The position numbers and the translations under genes were made by a program. A DNA stretch of 64,000 bases from an uncultured Alphaproteobacteria bacterium (GTDB lineage Bacteria; Pseudomonadota; Alphaproteobacteria; Acetobacterales; Acetobacteraceae): contig CAWGZJ010000005.1 in NCBI GenBank assembly GCA_963826975.1, positions 302,959-366,958 on the forward strand, written 5' to 3'. Positions 8,296 to 20,245 of the stretch are shown one piece after another; position 1 is the stretch's first letter, and each line of letters begins with the position of its first letter. The notes under the pieces are model-generated. The model saw only the letters and a list, made by a program, of their open reading frames with translations, was not told the origin of the DNA and ran no database searches.

Positions 8296-10269
8296 ATGCA
8301 GCGTCGCACACTCTCCGCCGTCGTCGCCGTGATCGCGGTTGCCGCCATCGTGATCGGCCTGAACATGTTCGCCGACGCGCGCCTGGCCAACCAGCGCGTC
8401 GATCTGACACAGCAACATCTATATACGCTGTCGCCCGGCACGCGGCAGATCCTGGCGGGGCTGAAGGACCCGGTCACGCTGAAGCTGTTCTACTCGCGCA
8501 AGCTCGGCGCCGCGGTGCCGTCCTACGGCGCCTACGCCGACCGCGTGCGCGAGATGCTGCAACAATACGCCGCCGTGGCGAACGGCAAGATCCGGCTGGA
8601 GTATTACGATCCCGAGCCGTTCAGCGACACCGAGGACCAGGCGCTGTCCTACGGGCTGCAAGGCGTGCCGATCGATCAGTCCGGAGAGCAGGTGTATTTC
8701 GGCCTGGTCGGGGCGAACCTGCTGGACGACGAACGCACCGTCACCTTCTTCCAGCCCGAACGCGAGCCGTTCCTGGAATACGACCTGAGCAAGCTGCTCT
8801 ACGAGCTGTCCAATCCCAAGCGCCCGGTGGTCGGCGTGATGTCGTCGCTACCGCTGGACGGCGATCCGCGCCAGATGATGATGAACCAGGGACGCCCGGG
8901 CGGCGGCGGCCAGCCCTATGCCTCGACCATGCTGTTGCGTCAAACCAATGACGTGCGCACGGTGCCGACCGATGCGCAGGTGATCGACCCCGGTATCCAG
9001 GTGTTGCTGGTGGCCGAGGTGCAGAACATGTCGGAGGCGACCCAATACGCCATCGATCAGTTCGTCATGCGCGGCGGGCGGCTTATGGTGATGGTCGATC
9101 CGTGGAATGAGGCGATGGCCGCGGCGCCCTCGCCCACCGGCATGCCGCCGGAAGACACCGGCGCCGATCTGCCCAAGCTGTTCAAGGCGTGGGGGATCGA
9201 GTTCGATCCGAAACAGGTGCTGGGCGATCTGGACGGTGCGTGGCGCGTGCGTGCCAGCCCCGGCGACCGCGTGCAGGCGGTGGACTACGTCGCCTGGTTC
9301 AACATTCGTGACGGCATCAACCACGACGACCCGGCGACCGCCGATCTGCAGCAGGTCACCGTCGCGTCCCCGGGGTTCATCGCCAAGGCGCCGGGCGCGC
9401 CGATCAGCTTCACGCCGCTGCTGATCTCCGGTCCAAGCAGCGGGCCGGTGCCGGTCGATGAGGTGAAGATGCCGGATCCCGCGAAGGTCCTGGCCAACTT
9501 CAAACCCGCCGGCGGCCCGAGAGTGATCGCGGCGCGGGTGCGCGGGGAGCTGAAATCCGCCTTCACCGGCCCGCCGCCGCTGGCCAAGGACGCGAAGCGG
9601 CCGGATAATTTCCCCGCCTATATCGCCGAGACGAAGGCTCCGGCGAACCTCGTGGTGGTGGCCGATTCCGACATCCTGGACGATCGCTTCTGGGTGCATG
9701 TGCAGGACTTCTTCGGCCAATCCCAGGCCACGCCGTTCAGCGACAACGGCCCGTTCGTTGCCAACCTGATCGATACGCTCGCGGGCGGCGATGCGCTGAT
9801 CGGGCTGCGTGCGCGCGGCGCCTCGGCGCGCCCGTTCACGCTGGTCGATCAGATGCAGAGCGCGGCCGAGGCGCAGTTCCGCCAAACCCAGCAGACGCTG
9901 CAACAGCACCTGGATGCCGTGCAGAAGCAGTTGCAGACGTTGCGCCAGGGCGGCAGCCAGGCCGCCGGTGGACAAGCCGGCGACCAGTCGGCGCAGCCGG
10001 TGATCACCCCCGAACAGCGCAGCGCAATCGACGCCGCGCGGCAGGATATTCTGGCAACGCGGCAGAAGCTGCGCGCCGTGCAATTCGAGCTGAACCGTGA
10101 CATCGCGCGGCTGGAGACCGAGCTGCGGCTCTTCAACATCGTTCTGGTGCCGGCGGTGCTGACGATCCTGGCGATCGGGCTCGGCGTCGTCCGGCGCCGG
10201 CGCCGCGCAAGGGCCGCCGCGCCGGAAACCCGGGCGTCCGAACCACGGGCTTCAGGAGCCCGGGCATGA
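8296..10269 (+). CDS. GldG-like ABC transporter auxiliary component (657 aa, N- and C-terminal TM anchors)
   Basis: Size, position after the GldA/GldF-like genes, a TM helix at each end and a C-terminal coiled-coil (QTLQQHLDAVQKQLQTL). Confidence 0.7.
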   Translation: MQRRTLSAVVAVIAVAAIVIGLNMFADARLANQRVDLTQQHLYTLSPGTRQILAGLKDPVTLKLFYSRKLGAAVPSYGAYADRVREMLQQYAAVANGKIRLEYYDPEPFSDTEDQALSYGLQGVPIDQSGEQVYFGLVGANLLDDERTVTFFQPEREPFLEYDLSKLLYELSNPKRPVVGVMSSLPLDGDPRQMMMNQGRPGGGGQPYASTMLLRQTNDVRTVPTDAQVIDPGIQVLLVAEVQNMSEATQYAIDQFVMRGGRLMVMVDPWNEAMAAAPSPTGMPPEDTGADLPKLFKAWGIEFDPKQVLGDLDGAWRVRASPGDRVQAVDYVAWFNIRDGINHDDPATADLQQVTVASPGFIAKAPGAPISFTPLLISGPSSGPVPVDEVKMPDPAKVLANFKPAGGPRVIAARVRGELKSAFTGPPPLAKDAKRPDNFPAYIAETKAPANLVVVADSDILDDRFWVHVQDFFGQSQATPFSDNGPFVANLIDTLAGGDALIGLRARGASARPFTLVDQMQSAAEAQFRQTQQTLQQHLDAVQKQLQTLRQGGSQAAGGQAGDQSAQPVITPEQRSAIDAARQDILATRQKLRAVQFELNRDIARLETELRLFNIVLVPAVLTILAIGLGVVRRRRRARAAAPETRASEPRASGARA

Positions 10270-11596
10270 GGACACGCGGGCTTGTGGTGCTGTGCGTGCT
10301 GGGCGCTGCGGCGCTGGGCGGCGGGTGGTATTTCGGCACGGCGCGCGAGCCGGCCATGCAGACCAGCGTCGCCGGTGGCACGCTGATGTTCCCCGGCCTG
10401 ACCGCGCACCTGGCCGATGCCGCGCGGATCGAGATCACCCACCAGGGCACGACGATCGCCCTGGTGCGGCTGGGCGACAAACCCAAATCGCCCTGGGGCC
10501 TGCAGCAGCGCGGCAATTACCCAGTGCAGGTCACCAAGTTGCGCGGGATGCTGACCGCACTGACCGAACTGCGGCTGGTCGAACCGCGCACCACCGATCC
10601 GACGATGTTCGGCCGGCTCGGGCTGGCGGACACCGACCAAAAGGACAGCTCGGCCGATCTGCTGCGCGTGTTCGACAGCTCGGCCAAGCCGATCGCCGAG
10701 CTGCTGGTCGGGCATCGCCGGGTGCGCACCGCGGGCAATGTGCCGGACCAGGTGTTCGTGCGCCGGCCGGGTGAATTGCAGACCTGGCTGGCCGAGGGCA
10801 GCCTGCAGGTGGACGCCGATCCGCAGCTTTGGCTCGATCGCGACATCATGAACATCGATCACGCGCGCATCGCCGGCGTCGTGGTGCATCGTGGCGATAC
10901 CGAACTGGATTTCGCGGCCAAGGACGGCAAGCTGGTGCTGACCGCGCCGGCCAATCCTCCCCCGCTCGAGGACTACAAGCTGGACGACCTGGAGCGTGGA
11001 TTGGAACTGCTGACGTTTGAGGATGTCACGCCCGACAAGGACGCGGCGGCGAGCAAGGTGGGCGATCCGATCGGCACCTCGGTGTTCACCACCTCGGATG
11101 GGCTGGCGGTGCACGTGACGCTGCTGAAGGGCGAGAAGGATATCTGGGCGCGGTTCAGTGCTGCCGCCAGCGACAAGGCCCCCACCGACAAGGCTGCCAA
11201 CGATAAGGCTGCCAGCGACAAGACCGCCAGCGACAAGACCCCCAGTGACAAGACCCCCAGTGACAAGACCCCCAGCGACAAGGCCGCCAATGACAAGACC
11301 CCCAACGACAAGACCAAGGACGAGGCGGCGAAGCTGAATGCCAAGCTGGCCGGATGGACGTTCCAGCTCGGGTCGTGGAAACAGGCGGCGCTGACACCGG
11401 ACCTGGATGCGCTGAAGGCGCCGCCCCCTGCCCCCGCGCCGACCGCTAACCCTGCCCCGCCCTCTGCCTCTACCCCACCCGCCGCGCCGAACGCTGCGCC
11501 CGCCGCGCCGCCCGCTGCGCCCACCGCGGCTCCGCCTGCCGCGCCGGCCGCGGCGCCCACCGCGGCTCCGTCCCGCGCGCCAACCGCGCGGAAGCC

Positions 11597-11600
<4 letters not shown>
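10266..11600 (+). CDS. DUF4340-like protein with C-terminal K/D/T/P and Pro-Ala-rich low-complexity tail
   Basis: ATGA overlap with the upstream gene; N-terminal signal/anchor; tandem 15-bp coding repeats (SDKTP/NDKAA) at 11190-11300 and a PAAP-rich tail. Confidence 0.55.
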
Positions 11601-12028
<428 letters not shown>

Positions 12029-12071
12029 CGTTCGCGACCGGCCCTGTCGCAAGGATCAATACCGACCCGGA

Positions 12072-12809
12072 CTATTTTGTTTGCGCCGCTTTCCAGGCCT
12101 CGTATTCCGGTCGCGCCGCATCCGAAAGCGGATAATAGCGGCGCAGGTCACCACCTTCGCTGAGCCGCAGACGGGAGAACTCCTCCCATTCGTGATGCAC
12201 GCTCGCCTTCGCCAACAGCGACGGCGCCAGCTTGGCCGGGACCACCACCGCGCCGTCATCGTCCGCCACGATGATGTCGCCGGGCATCACCAGCCGGTTG
12301 CCGCAGGCCACGGGCACGTTGACCGCAAATGGAAAAATACCAGTCTGCGTGTGGAAGTTCGGCGTGGCACCGCGCATCCACAGGCCAAGGTCGAGCTTTT
12401 TAGCTTCGGGCAAATCGCGGATGCAACCATCGATCACCACGCCGGCACCGCCGCGGCCCATGAAGTAGGTCAGCATCATCTCGCCGAATACACCGCTGCG
12501 CATGTCCGCGCGCGCATCCACGACAACGATGTCGCCGGGCTGGGTGTGATACAGCACATGCCGGTGCAGTTGCTTTTCCGGATCGGCGTATTCGTCGGCG
12601 CCGTAGAGATCCTCACGGATCGGCATGAATTGCAGCGTCAGCGCGGGACCCGCGACGCACTTGCCGGGTGTGAAGGACACCGGGCCGCTCATGTGCGAGT
12701 TGCGGATGCCCAGGCGGCTGAGTTCGGCGCTGGCGGTCGCGCTGCCGATAGCGGCCAGCCCCTCGGTCAGGTGCCTGGGTGGGCGCGTGATGTCCGGTGT
12801 ATGGGTCAT
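12072..12809 (-). CDS. RraA family protein (ribonuclease E inhibitor RraA / 4-hydroxy-4-methyl-2-oxoglutarate aldolase-like)
   Basis: MTHTPDITRPPRHLTEGLAAIGSATASAELSRLGIRNSHM...GDIVVVDA...GEMMLTYFMGRGGAGVVIDGCIRD fits the RraA/DlpA fold; start chosen at the internal Met. Confidence 0.7.
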   Translation of the reverse strand: MTHTPDITRPPRHLTEGLAAIGSATASAELSRLGIRNSHMSGPVSFTPGKCVAGPALTLQFMPIREDLYGADEYADPEKQLHRHVLYHTQPGDIVVVDARADMRSGVFGEMMLTYFMGRGGAGVVIDGCIRDLPEAKKLDLGLWMRGATPNFHTQTGIFPFAVNVPVACGNRLVMPGDIIVADDDGAVVVPAKLAPSLLAKASVHHEWEEFSRLRLSEGGDLRRYYPLSDAARPEYEAWKAAQTK

Positions 12810-13146
12810 TTGTTTCGTCCTCGGCGGGCGATGCGATAGGGCATCCGGTTCATAATGCCACGGCTGCGGCGCGACGTCGCTCTGCCGACGGTGACAGGCG
12901 GCATGGCCACTTTTGGCCGTGGGCAATTTATGTGTCATGGCCGGATAGGCCATCGCCACCGGGCTTGACCCGGTGGTTGGCCCGGCCACTCACGACTGTC
13001 TTTGTGGCGAGCGGCAAAGTCGGGGTGACCGGGCTGATCCCCGGGTCAAGATGCCCGGGGACGATCATGACACGGGATACTACAACCGATCCCCAGTCGA
13101 TTCGGTTATTCCGCTACCGCCCCTGAAACCTGCACATCCCCCGCGG

Positions 13147-13662
13147 CTAACGCCCGTCCGGCCCCGCGACCTCCGGCATGACCGCGCTCACGGCAAGCAG
13201 CGCCGGAACCGCAAGCTGAGCAATCAGCCGCACACGCGAAAAATCGCTCTCCGTATAGTGCCCGGCCCGGTGGCACAGGTTCAATGTGCCCAGCGTCTGG
13301 CCGCGCCAACGGGCCGGCATGTTCAGGATCGATTGGCAGCCCAGCGAATCGATCAGCGCATGATCGAAGAAATGCGCCGCGATGTCCTCGGCGGTGCGGC
13401 CGATATACGGCTCACCGCCATGGATCATACGCCGCATCCAGGCGCTGTCGCTCACCGGCTTGCGTCCGCCGATCGGATAGGCCTCCGGCTTGTTGGTGTA
13501 GAAACGTTCCGATTGCCGCAGCGCCGGGTGGTGCACCAGGATGGTGAACAGGATGTGGCCCGGCGCCTCGGCGAGCGCGGCCTCGACGGCGCGAAACGTG
13601 ACGCCCGGCTGGTCAGGATCAGCGTGCGCCGCGAGAATGGTCTCCATAGTATCGTCCTCCAT
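13147..13662 (-). CDS. GAF domain-containing protein
   Basis: Standalone ~170-aa GAF-like sequence. Confidence 0.55.
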   Translation of the reverse strand: MEDDTMETILAAHADPDQPGVTFRAVEAALAEAPGHILFTILVHHPALRQSERFYTNKPEAYPIGGRKPVSDSAWMRRMIHGGEPYIGRTAEDIAAHFFDHALIDSLGCQSILNMPARWRGQTLGTLNLCHRAGHYTESDFSRVRLIAQLAVPALLAVSAVMPEVAGPDGR

Positions 13663-13694
13663 CCCGGCGGCTCAAAGGCTTGATCCGCCGACTT

Positions 13695-13722
13695 ATGTTA
13701 GTTATCGCATGTTAACTAACTA
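13695..13722. promoter_or_regulatory. AT-rich inverted repeat GTTAGTTA-N7-TTAACTAAC in the promoter region of the amidohydrolase gene (candidate operator)
   Basis: Palindrome read directly in a rare AT-rich island between two minus-strand genes. Confidence 0.35.
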
Positions 13723-15165
13723 GTTCAGCCCCCTAACCATCGACAGGCTCAACGGCGTCAGTTGGTCGGCGCTACGTTTCCCCCAGTCGTATTGCGGCAC
13801 GGCGGCGATCATGCGCGCCTGGGCCTCGGTCAGCGCTTCCAAGGCGGCCGCATGGTCCAGCGTCAGCACCCTTCCGCGATCCACCACCAGGCGCCCATCG
13901 ATGAACACCTGCTGAATGGCGCGGTCCGCGGCGGTGTAAACCAGCGACCGCAGCGGGTCGCGGGCCGGCATCATCCAGGGGTTCTTCAGGTCCACCAGCA
14001 CCAAATCGGCTTTCGCGCCAGGCTCCAGGCGGCCGATGTCGGTGCGCCCCAGCGCCTGGGCGCCGCCGGCGGTGGCGGCGTGGAAGATATCGGTCAGGCT
14101 GGTCGTCGTGATGTCCTCGGCGGCAACGCGGGCCAGGGTGGCGGCGAGACGCATTTCCTCGATCAGGTTGTGCGGGGCGACATCGGTCCCCATGCCGATG
14201 TTGACGCCCTTTCTGCGGTATCGCCCAAAGTCTTCCAGGGTCTGGCCGTAGCGCGCGAATGGCGATGGGCAGTGCGCGATGGATGTTTCGGTCGCGACAA
14301 GAATATCAACGTCCCGGCGCGTGTACCAGCGCAGCCAGGAGTGCTCATCGATGAAGATGGCGTGGCCGAGGATGCTGTTGCGGTTGAGGATGCCAAGGTC
14401 GTGCGCCCACTGCACCGGGGTGATGCCGTGGCGGTTGGTCATCTCGTGAAATTCATTCACGCTCTGCGAGCAGTGGGTGGTGAACGGAAGGTTTCTGCCA
14501 ACAGCGGCGTCGTGGCTGTCGCGCAACAAATCCGCGGTGCAGGTGTCGATCTGCGCGGGGGACACGATGCCCGACAGGCGGCCGCTGGGGTCGGCCTGGG
14601 CCGCGTCGATCAGCTTGAGCGCGGCATCCAGGCCGCGGCGGCCGGCCGCTTCGTCCCAGGCGTATTTAAGTTGCCAGTTGTTTTCCAGGTGCCAGCGGGC
14701 CGAGGCATAGCTGGGGGCAAGGAAAACCCGCAGGCCGGAGCGGGACGCCAGATCGATCCAGCCCTGGTCCGTGCCAGACAGGTCGGCCACGCTGGTGATG
14801 CCGGTCAACAGCATCTCGCAATAGGCGGTGGTCTTGCCGGACAGGCGGCCGGGCGCGTCGGGGCGGAAGGCGAAGCCGCGTTCGTACAGGCCGGACATGA
14901 ACATGGTCGGCAGGCCGTGTTCCTCGCGAATGCCGCGGAAGAACGGTTCGGTGCTGGGGTGGGAATGGATGTCCACCAGGCCGGGCATGACCAGCAGGTT
15001 GTGGCCGGGGATTTCGCTGTCGAAGGCACCGGGGTAGAGGCGGCCGATGAAGGTGATCCGGTCAGCTTCGAAGACCAAGTCAGCGTCTTTCAGATACGCG
15101 TGTCGCCCGATGGCGGGGTCCCAGGCGATGATCCAGGCGGCATTTCGGATGCAGGTTATAGGCAT
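13720..15165 (-). CDS. Amidohydrolase family protein (chlorohydrolase / deaminase-like, metal-dependent)
   Basis: HxH metal motif (GLVDIHSHP) and overall similarity to the AtzB/TrzA/8-oxoguanine deaminase family. Confidence 0.75.
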   Translation of the reverse strand: MPITCIRNAAWIIAWDPAIGRHAYLKDADLVFEADRITFIGRLYPGAFDSEIPGHNLLVMPGLVDIHSHPSTEPFFRGIREEHGLPTMFMSGLYERGFAFRPDAPGRLSGKTTAYCEMLLTGITSVADLSGTDQGWIDLASRSGLRVFLAPSYASARWHLENNWQLKYAWDEAAGRRGLDAALKLIDAAQADPSGRLSGIVSPAQIDTCTADLLRDSHDAAVGRNLPFTTHCSQSVNEFHEMTNRHGITPVQWAHDLGILNRNSILGHAIFIDEHSWLRWYTRRDVDILVATETSIAHCPSPFARYGQTLEDFGRYRRKGVNIGMGTDVAPHNLIEEMRLAATLARVAAEDITTTSLTDIFHAATAGGAQALGRTDIGRLEPGAKADLVLVDLKNPWMMPARDPLRSLVYTAADRAIQQVFIDGRLVVDRGRVLTLDHAAALEALTEAQARMIAAVPQYDWGKRSADQLTPLSLSMVRGLN

Positions 15166-15289
15166 GGGGACTCCGGAGTTGTGGCCTAGGGTCGGATTGA
15201 GTTGGCCAAGCAGCGAGGCCAAGGTCGTCGTGGTCGATTAAAGCACGATATCGGCCGGCAGGGGTCGTGTGTTGCAACGAGCAAGCAAG

Positions 15290-15454
15290 CCAAGGAAGCA
15301 AGGATTCCACCACAGAGGCACGGAGACACGGAGAAGGAATTGATGCATTTCGCGCGGTGCCTGAACGGACACCAGCGCGAAGCGCCCAAAATTCCTGCTT
15401 CTCCGTGTCTCCGTGCCTCTGTGGTGGAATCCTTGCTTCCTTGGTTTGCTTGCG
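15290..15454. repeat. MITE family C, variant copy with ~45-bp terminal inverted repeats
   Basis: CCAAGGAAGCAAGGATTCCACCACAGAGGCACGGAGACACGGAGAAG ... reverse complement at the other end. Confidence 0.7.
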
Positions 15455-15612
15455 ATGGAGCGAATATCCCCGATATCCGGTCACCGGAGCGCTTGGGGCA
15501 GGCTTCGCAGCTGCTCAGGCCGGGCCTGCGGGTGGGCCATGGCGCAAGGCAGCGCCAGTGGGGCATTCATTCGGGCGCATGGTACACCGTTCGCTCGCGG
15601 AAATCAGTATTT

Positions 15613-15715
15613 TTGATAACTATTTGTAATAAATAATCACCGCAGAGGCACAGAACCCAGGAGAAAAATATCAAGCTGATCACTTGGCTCTTCTACTCCG
15701 TGCCTCCGTGGTGAT
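15613..15715. repeat. MITE family C, copy 3
   Basis: TTGATAACTATTTGTAATAAATAATCACC arm followed by the conserved core and TIR. Confidence 0.7.
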
Positions 15716-15821
15716 ACTTGCCAGCGGGCATGCGGCCAGGCACAGCTTCCTGCAAGCATCGGGCATATCAGCTCGCTACCAACCCCATGCCTGTCCACCC
15801 CACGCGCACGCCCGCACCCCG

Positions 15822-18548
15822 CTACCCCACGAACTGGCGTTGCGCTGCCAGCTCGGCCAACGCAGCGGCGGTGGCAATGGCAAACTCGTGACACCGCGCC
15901 AGCGCGGTGGCCTGATCGCCGCCGCGGCAGGTCTGCTCGACCAGGCGGGCAAGCGCGCTGGCCCGGCGACCGCCCAGGTTGCCGATCAGCGCCACAAGGT
16001 CGTGCGCCTCCTGTGTCGCTACCGGAAGGTCCTCGGCCGCCAATCGTTCTGTCAGCCGGACGACCCGTTGCGGAATATCATCCAGCGCGTCGGCCAGGAA
16101 GCTGTCGAACTGTTCAGCGTCGAAGATACGGCGCAACTCCGCGACCACCGCCGGGTCAAGCTCCGGCCCGATCGTCGACGCGCCAATCTCCGACGCGCCC
16201 ATCTCCTGCGTGCCAATCTCCGGCGCACCAAGCCCCACCAACCGCCCCCCCAACGCATCAACCGACAACGTATCCGCGGCCGTCACCACCATGTCGCGCC
16301 TCCCCGCGGTCATCCTCCCAAGCGCAGCCTGCAGCGTCGCTGGTGTGATAGGCTTGGCAAGATAGGCGTCCACGCCAACGGCCAGATAGCGCTCCTCCGC
16401 GCCCGCGATTGCATCGGCAGTCAGTGCCAGGATGGGAATGGAGCACAACGGTTCAGGCATGGCACGGATACGCCGGATGGCGCCGACGCCGTCAAGTACC
16501 GGCATCTGGATATCCATCAGCACAAGGTCGAAGCCGCCCCTTCCAACCGCAGCCACGGCGTCCTCACCGTTGCCCACCACGTCCACCCGGTGCCCCGCGG
16601 CGCCCAGCAGCATCACGATCAGCCGCTGGTTGATCTTGTTGTCCTCCGCCACCAGGACATGCATCGGCGAAAGGTTGGGCATCGGCGACAGGTTGGGCAT
16701 CGGCAACAGGTTCGCCACACCCTGCCCGACATCCGGCGCCGCCGGCACCGGATCACCAGGCGTGCCCAGGCCGAACAACCGGCCCAGTGTGTCAAGCAGC
16801 GACTGCTCGCGCACCGGTTTGGTCAGCACCGCGTCGATCAGCGGTTCCAGCCCCGGCGGCAGCGCGTCGCGATCAACCGAACTGACAACCACCAGCCGAA
16901 GCTCCCCAATCCCCGGCAGGTCGCGGATCCGCCGCACCAGCGCGTCACCTCCCAGCGCATCATCCCCCAGCGCGGGCTCATCAAGCTCGATCATTGCCAG
17001 ATCGAACGGATGGCCGCGTCGCCAGCCTTGCTCAAGCTCGACGATCGCCTGCGCGCTGTCGCAAGCGGCGGTGATTTCCATGCCGAGTCCAGCCAACTCG
17101 CCGCGCAGCACACTGCGACTGATGTCAGTGCCATCGACCAGCAGCACGCGCAGATCGCGCAATTTCTCGGCCAGCGAACGGCTGGTCAGCACCGGCGCGC
17201 TGGCGTGGGCCAGGGGCACTTCGAAGAAGAAGCAGGTGCCGCGCCCGGGCGTGGAGGTCATGCCGATCGTGCCGCCCATCAGTTCCACCAGTTGGCGGCA
17301 AATGGCCAGCCCAAGGCCGGTCCCGCCGAACCGCCGCGAGATCGAACTGTCGGCCTGGGTGAACGGCTCGAACAACCGCGGCCAGACGCTCTCCGGGATC
17401 CCCGGCCCGGTGTCGGTCACCTCCACCCGCAGGCGCTCCAGCGGCTCACCCCCCTTTCCCGCCTGTTGCGACATCACCTCGACCGTTACGCCGCCGGCGT
17501 CGGTGAACTTGATCGCATTGCCCACCAGGTTGAGCACCACCTGACGCAGCCGCGTCGGATCGCCACGGAAGCCGACCCGAGCCGCCGGATGGATGACGGT
17601 GAACAGGGCGATCGCCTTCTCGCGCGCCTGCGGTGTGAACAGCCCGACCGCCCCCTCGATCAGATCGACCAGATCGAAATCAACCGTCTCCAGTTCCAGG
17701 CGCCCGGCCTCCAGCTTGGAGATATCGAGAATGTCATCGATCACCGCGAGCAGTGCGTCCGCGCTTTCGCGCACCGCCACCGCGCATTCGCGCTGCTCGT
17801 CGCCAAGCTGGGACCCAAGCAGGATGGCGGTCATGCCGATGATGCCGTTCATCGGCGTGCGGATCTCGTGCGACATGCGCGCCAGGAAATCGGTTTTCGC
17901 GCGGCTCGCCTCCTCCGCCAGCGCACGGGCCTGCTCGGCCTGTTCGCTCGCCTGCGCGACACGCTCCTCAGCAAGCTTGCGCTCGGTGATGTCGGTGTAG
18001 GTGCGCACGATGCCGCCATCCGGCATCGGCACGCTGTGCACTTCCAGCATTCGCCCATCGGGGCGCCGCCGTTCGTAGACATGCGGCTGGTCCAGAATGC
18101 CGCCGGCGCGGACGAACTCCTGGACGTCTTCCGGCGTGTGCTTGAACTCGTCGATGCTCCACTGATAGGCCAGGATGTCGGCGAACGGCGTGCCTGGTGT
18201 GCCCAGCGCCGCGGGCAGGCCGAGCATTTCGACCGTGCGCTGGTTGCAAACCGCAACGGTGCGGTTGGCCGCGATCATCATGATGCCCTGACCCATGAAC
18301 TCCAGCGTGGTCTCCAGCAGGGCGGACTTCTCGGCGATAAGACGTTCGCTCTGGGTCAGCGCGCCGCTGGTGTGCCGCAGTTCGGTGGCCTGCATCTGCA
18401 GCCGCCGCTGGGTCTGCTCGAGATCGGCGTTCTTCTGGGCGAGCGATTGCTCCGAGGTCGCCAGCCGCCGGAACCGACGCGCCAGCACCAGGAACAGCAG
18501 CACGATCGCCAGCCCGACCGCGAGCGCACCCAGCATGACCCGGATCAC
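15822..18548 (-). CDS. Hybrid sensor histidine kinase/response regulator (TM, PAS, HisKA, HATPase_c, two receiver domains, C-terminal Hpt)
   Basis: H-box [15 protein letters not shown] boxes, two D-containing receiver segments and an Hpt-like C-terminus. Confidence 0.85.
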   Translation of the reverse strand: MIRVMLGALAVGLAIVLLFLVLARRFRRLATSEQSLAQKNADLEQTQRRLQMQATELRHTSGALTQSERLIAEKSALLETTLEFMGQGIMMIAANRTVAVCNQRTVEMLGLPAALGTPGTPFADILAYQWSIDEFKHTPEDVQEFVRAGGILDQPHVYERRRPDGRMLEVHSVPMPDGGIVRTYTDITERKLAEERVAQASEQAEQARALAEEASRAKTDFLARMSHEIRTPMNGIIGMTAILLGSQLGDEQRECAVAVRESADALLAVIDDILDISKLEAGRLELETVDFDLVDLIEGAVGLFTPQAREKAIALFTVIHPAARVGFRGDPTRLRQVVLNLVGNAIKFTDAGGVTVEVMSQQAGKGGEPLERLRVEVTDTGPGIPESVWPRLFEPFTQADSSISRRFGGTGLGLAICRQLVELMGGTIGMTSTPGRGTCFFFEVPLAHASAPVLTSRSLAEKLRDLRVLLVDGTDISRSVLRGELAGLGMEITAACDSAQAIVELEQGWRRGHPFDLAMIELDEPALGDDALGGDALVRRIRDLPGIGELRLVVVSSVDRDALPPGLEPLIDAVLTKPVREQSLLDTLGRLFGLGTPGDPVPAAPDVGQGVANLLPMPNLSPMPNLSPMHVLVAEDNKINQRLIVMLLGAAGHRVDVVGNGEDAVAAVGRGGFDLVLMDIQMPVLDGVGAIRRIRAMPEPLCSIPILALTADAIAGAEERYLAVGVDAYLAKPITPATLQAALGRMTAGRRDMVVTAADTLSVDALGGRLVGLGAPEIGTQEMGASEIGASTIGPELDPAVVAELRRIFDAEQFDSFLADALDDIPQRVVRLTERLAAEDLPVATQEAHDLVALIGNLGGRRASALARLVEQTCRGGDQATALARCHEFAIATAAALAELAAQRQFVG

Positions 18549-18759
18549 GTCGCGCCACCATGCGGCCCACGCCCATGCGGCACACGCTTGCCAGACGCGG
18601 TGCCCAAGCCATTCGACGTCGATGACGGTGACGGCTCGGACATGTCCAGCGGCGGCCTAGCCTCCTATGGCGTGCCGTGAGCGGCCAAACGCTTGTATCA
18701 TGCCGTCACGCGCGCTACCGGGTTGTTCCGCGCACGCATCACGCTGGCGAGTGCTCGGA

Positions 18760-19071
18760 TCAGAATCGACGCTGCCTGGGACGTTCGGCGCGCCGGTTCT
18801 GTGGCAGCGTGAACGAGAGACCGGCGCAGATCAAACCCAGCCCAGCCGGCAGCAGCCAGGCCGGCCGCACCAGGACCGGCAACAAGACCTCGGTCCACAA
18901 CCAGGGTGTGATGGCGCGCTCCACCGCGGATTGCAGTACATCCAGCACGCGGTGATCGATGGCCAGCAGCGCCTGGCCGAGCGGCATGCCCGGCGGCGCG
19001 AGCAACGCCACGGCCACCGCGCCGACCAAAAATGCCGCCGCCAGAATCGCCAGGATACGTCGCGCAATCAC
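18760..19071 (-). CDS. Small hydrophobic hypothetical protein co-transcribed with msrP (not recognisable as MsrQ)
   Basis: ATGA start/stop overlap with msrP; 103 aa, two or three TM segments. Confidence 0.35.
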   Translation of the reverse strand: MIARRILAILAAAFLVGAVAVALLAPPGMPLGQALLAIDHRVLDVLQSAVERAITPWLWTEVLLPVLVRPAWLLPAGLGLICAGLSFTLPQNRRAERPRQRRF

Positions 19072-20033
19072 ATGAACAATTTCTCGCCCTTGAGGTCCTG
19101 GTACAGGCCCCCGACAAACTCACCATAACCATTATACAGCCGCGTTGGCACGCGTTCATCACTGCCAAGCAGCCGTTCGGTCGCCTGGCTCCAACGCGGG
19201 TGCGCCACCGCCGGGTTGACGTTGGCCCAGAAGCCATACTCGGCGGGCTGAATCGCCTCCCAGAAGGTGTGCGGACGCTGGTCGGTGAAGCTGACCTTCA
19301 CGATCGCCTTGGCCGATTTGAAGCCGTATTTCCAGGGCAGTGCGAGCCGAAGCGGACCACCGTCCTGCGGCGGCACCGGCTTGCCATACATGCCCGTCAC
19401 CATGAACGCGAGGTCCGTCATCGCCTCGTCCATCGTTACGCCCTCGGTATACGGCCACGGATAGAACGGCGCACTCAGGCCGGGCATCGATTTGTCCTGA
19501 ATGGTCTCGAACGTCACATACTTGGCCGAGCCGAGCGGTTCCGCCAGCTTCACCAGCGCGCTGAGCGGAAAGCCGGTCCACGGCACCGTCATCGCCCAGG
19601 CCTCGACGCAGCGATGGCGATAGACCCGCTCCTCGAGCTGCACCTGTTTCAGCAGGTCGTCGATGTCGAGGGTCCGCGGCTTGGCCAGCATGCCGGCCAG
19701 CTCGATCGACCAGGGACGCTGGTGCAACGCCTGCGCATCGCGCCACAAGTCCTTGTCATCACTGAATTCATAGTAGTTGTTGTAGGTGGTGGAGTACTTC
19801 TCGTCGGTCAGCGGGCGATCGACGGTGTATTTCGGATTCCGCACCACCGCCGTGGTGTCGGCTCTGGCCCTCCCCATCATCGCGCGCGTGGCGACGGCCA
19901 GCGCGACAGCCCCGGCCACCACGTCGCGGCGGCCCAAGTCACGGCGGCCCACGTCGCGGCGACCCAGCACCACCGCCTCCGGCGTCGCCTCGCGTTCGGG
20001 TATCTCCCACCCACGGCGTCGCATGATAAGCAT
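19068..20033 (-). CDS. msrP: Protein-methionine-sulfoxide reductase catalytic subunit MsrP (YedY-like molybdopterin oxidoreductase)
   Basis: Twin-arginine-like leader, then conserved YedY core ([41 protein letters not shown]). Confidence 0.8.
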   Translation of the reverse strand: MLIMRRRGWEIPEREATPEAVVLGRRDVGRRDLGRRDVVAGAVALAVATRAMMGRARADTTAVVRNPKYTVDRPLTDEKYSTTYNNYYEFSDDKDLWRDAQALHQRPWSIELAGMLAKPRTLDIDDLLKQVQLEERVYRHRCVEAWAMTVPWTGFPLSALVKLAEPLGSAKYVTFETIQDKSMPGLSAPFYPWPYTEGVTMDEAMTDLAFMVTGMYGKPVPPQDGGPLRLALPWKYGFKSAKAIVKVSFTDQRPHTFWEAIQPAEYGFWANVNPAVAHPRWSQATERLLGSDERVPTRLYNGYGEFVGGLYQDLKGEKLFM

Positions 20034-20245
20034 CGCGTGATCCCTTCCTGTTGGTCAGCATACAAACGCCCGACAAGACAAGCCATTCCCATCCGTCCCG
20101 CAATTCGCCTGCCCCCGCGATTCACCCGTCTCCGACGCCCGCTGCATTGTCGGACGCAGCAGGATCGGGAACATTACAGGCGCCCCCCGGGATTGCCGGC
20201 ATTTGGCAACCCCGGCGGGCGGCCCCTGACAGAGGAGTTACGGCG

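Noticed and set aside
15684-18680. 998-aa plus-strand ORF
   Set aside because: It is exactly antisense to the well-supported hybrid histidine kinase and its translation is low-complexity. It is a GC artefact.
18760-19071. Calling the msrP-adjacent gene msrQ
   Set aside because: It is 103 aa with no MsrQ-like heme-ligand or conserved motifs, so only a hypothetical membrane protein call is supportable.
18698-19237. 179-aa minus-strand ORF
   Set aside because: It overlaps msrP and the small membrane ORF in another frame and has Arg/Ala-rich artefact composition.
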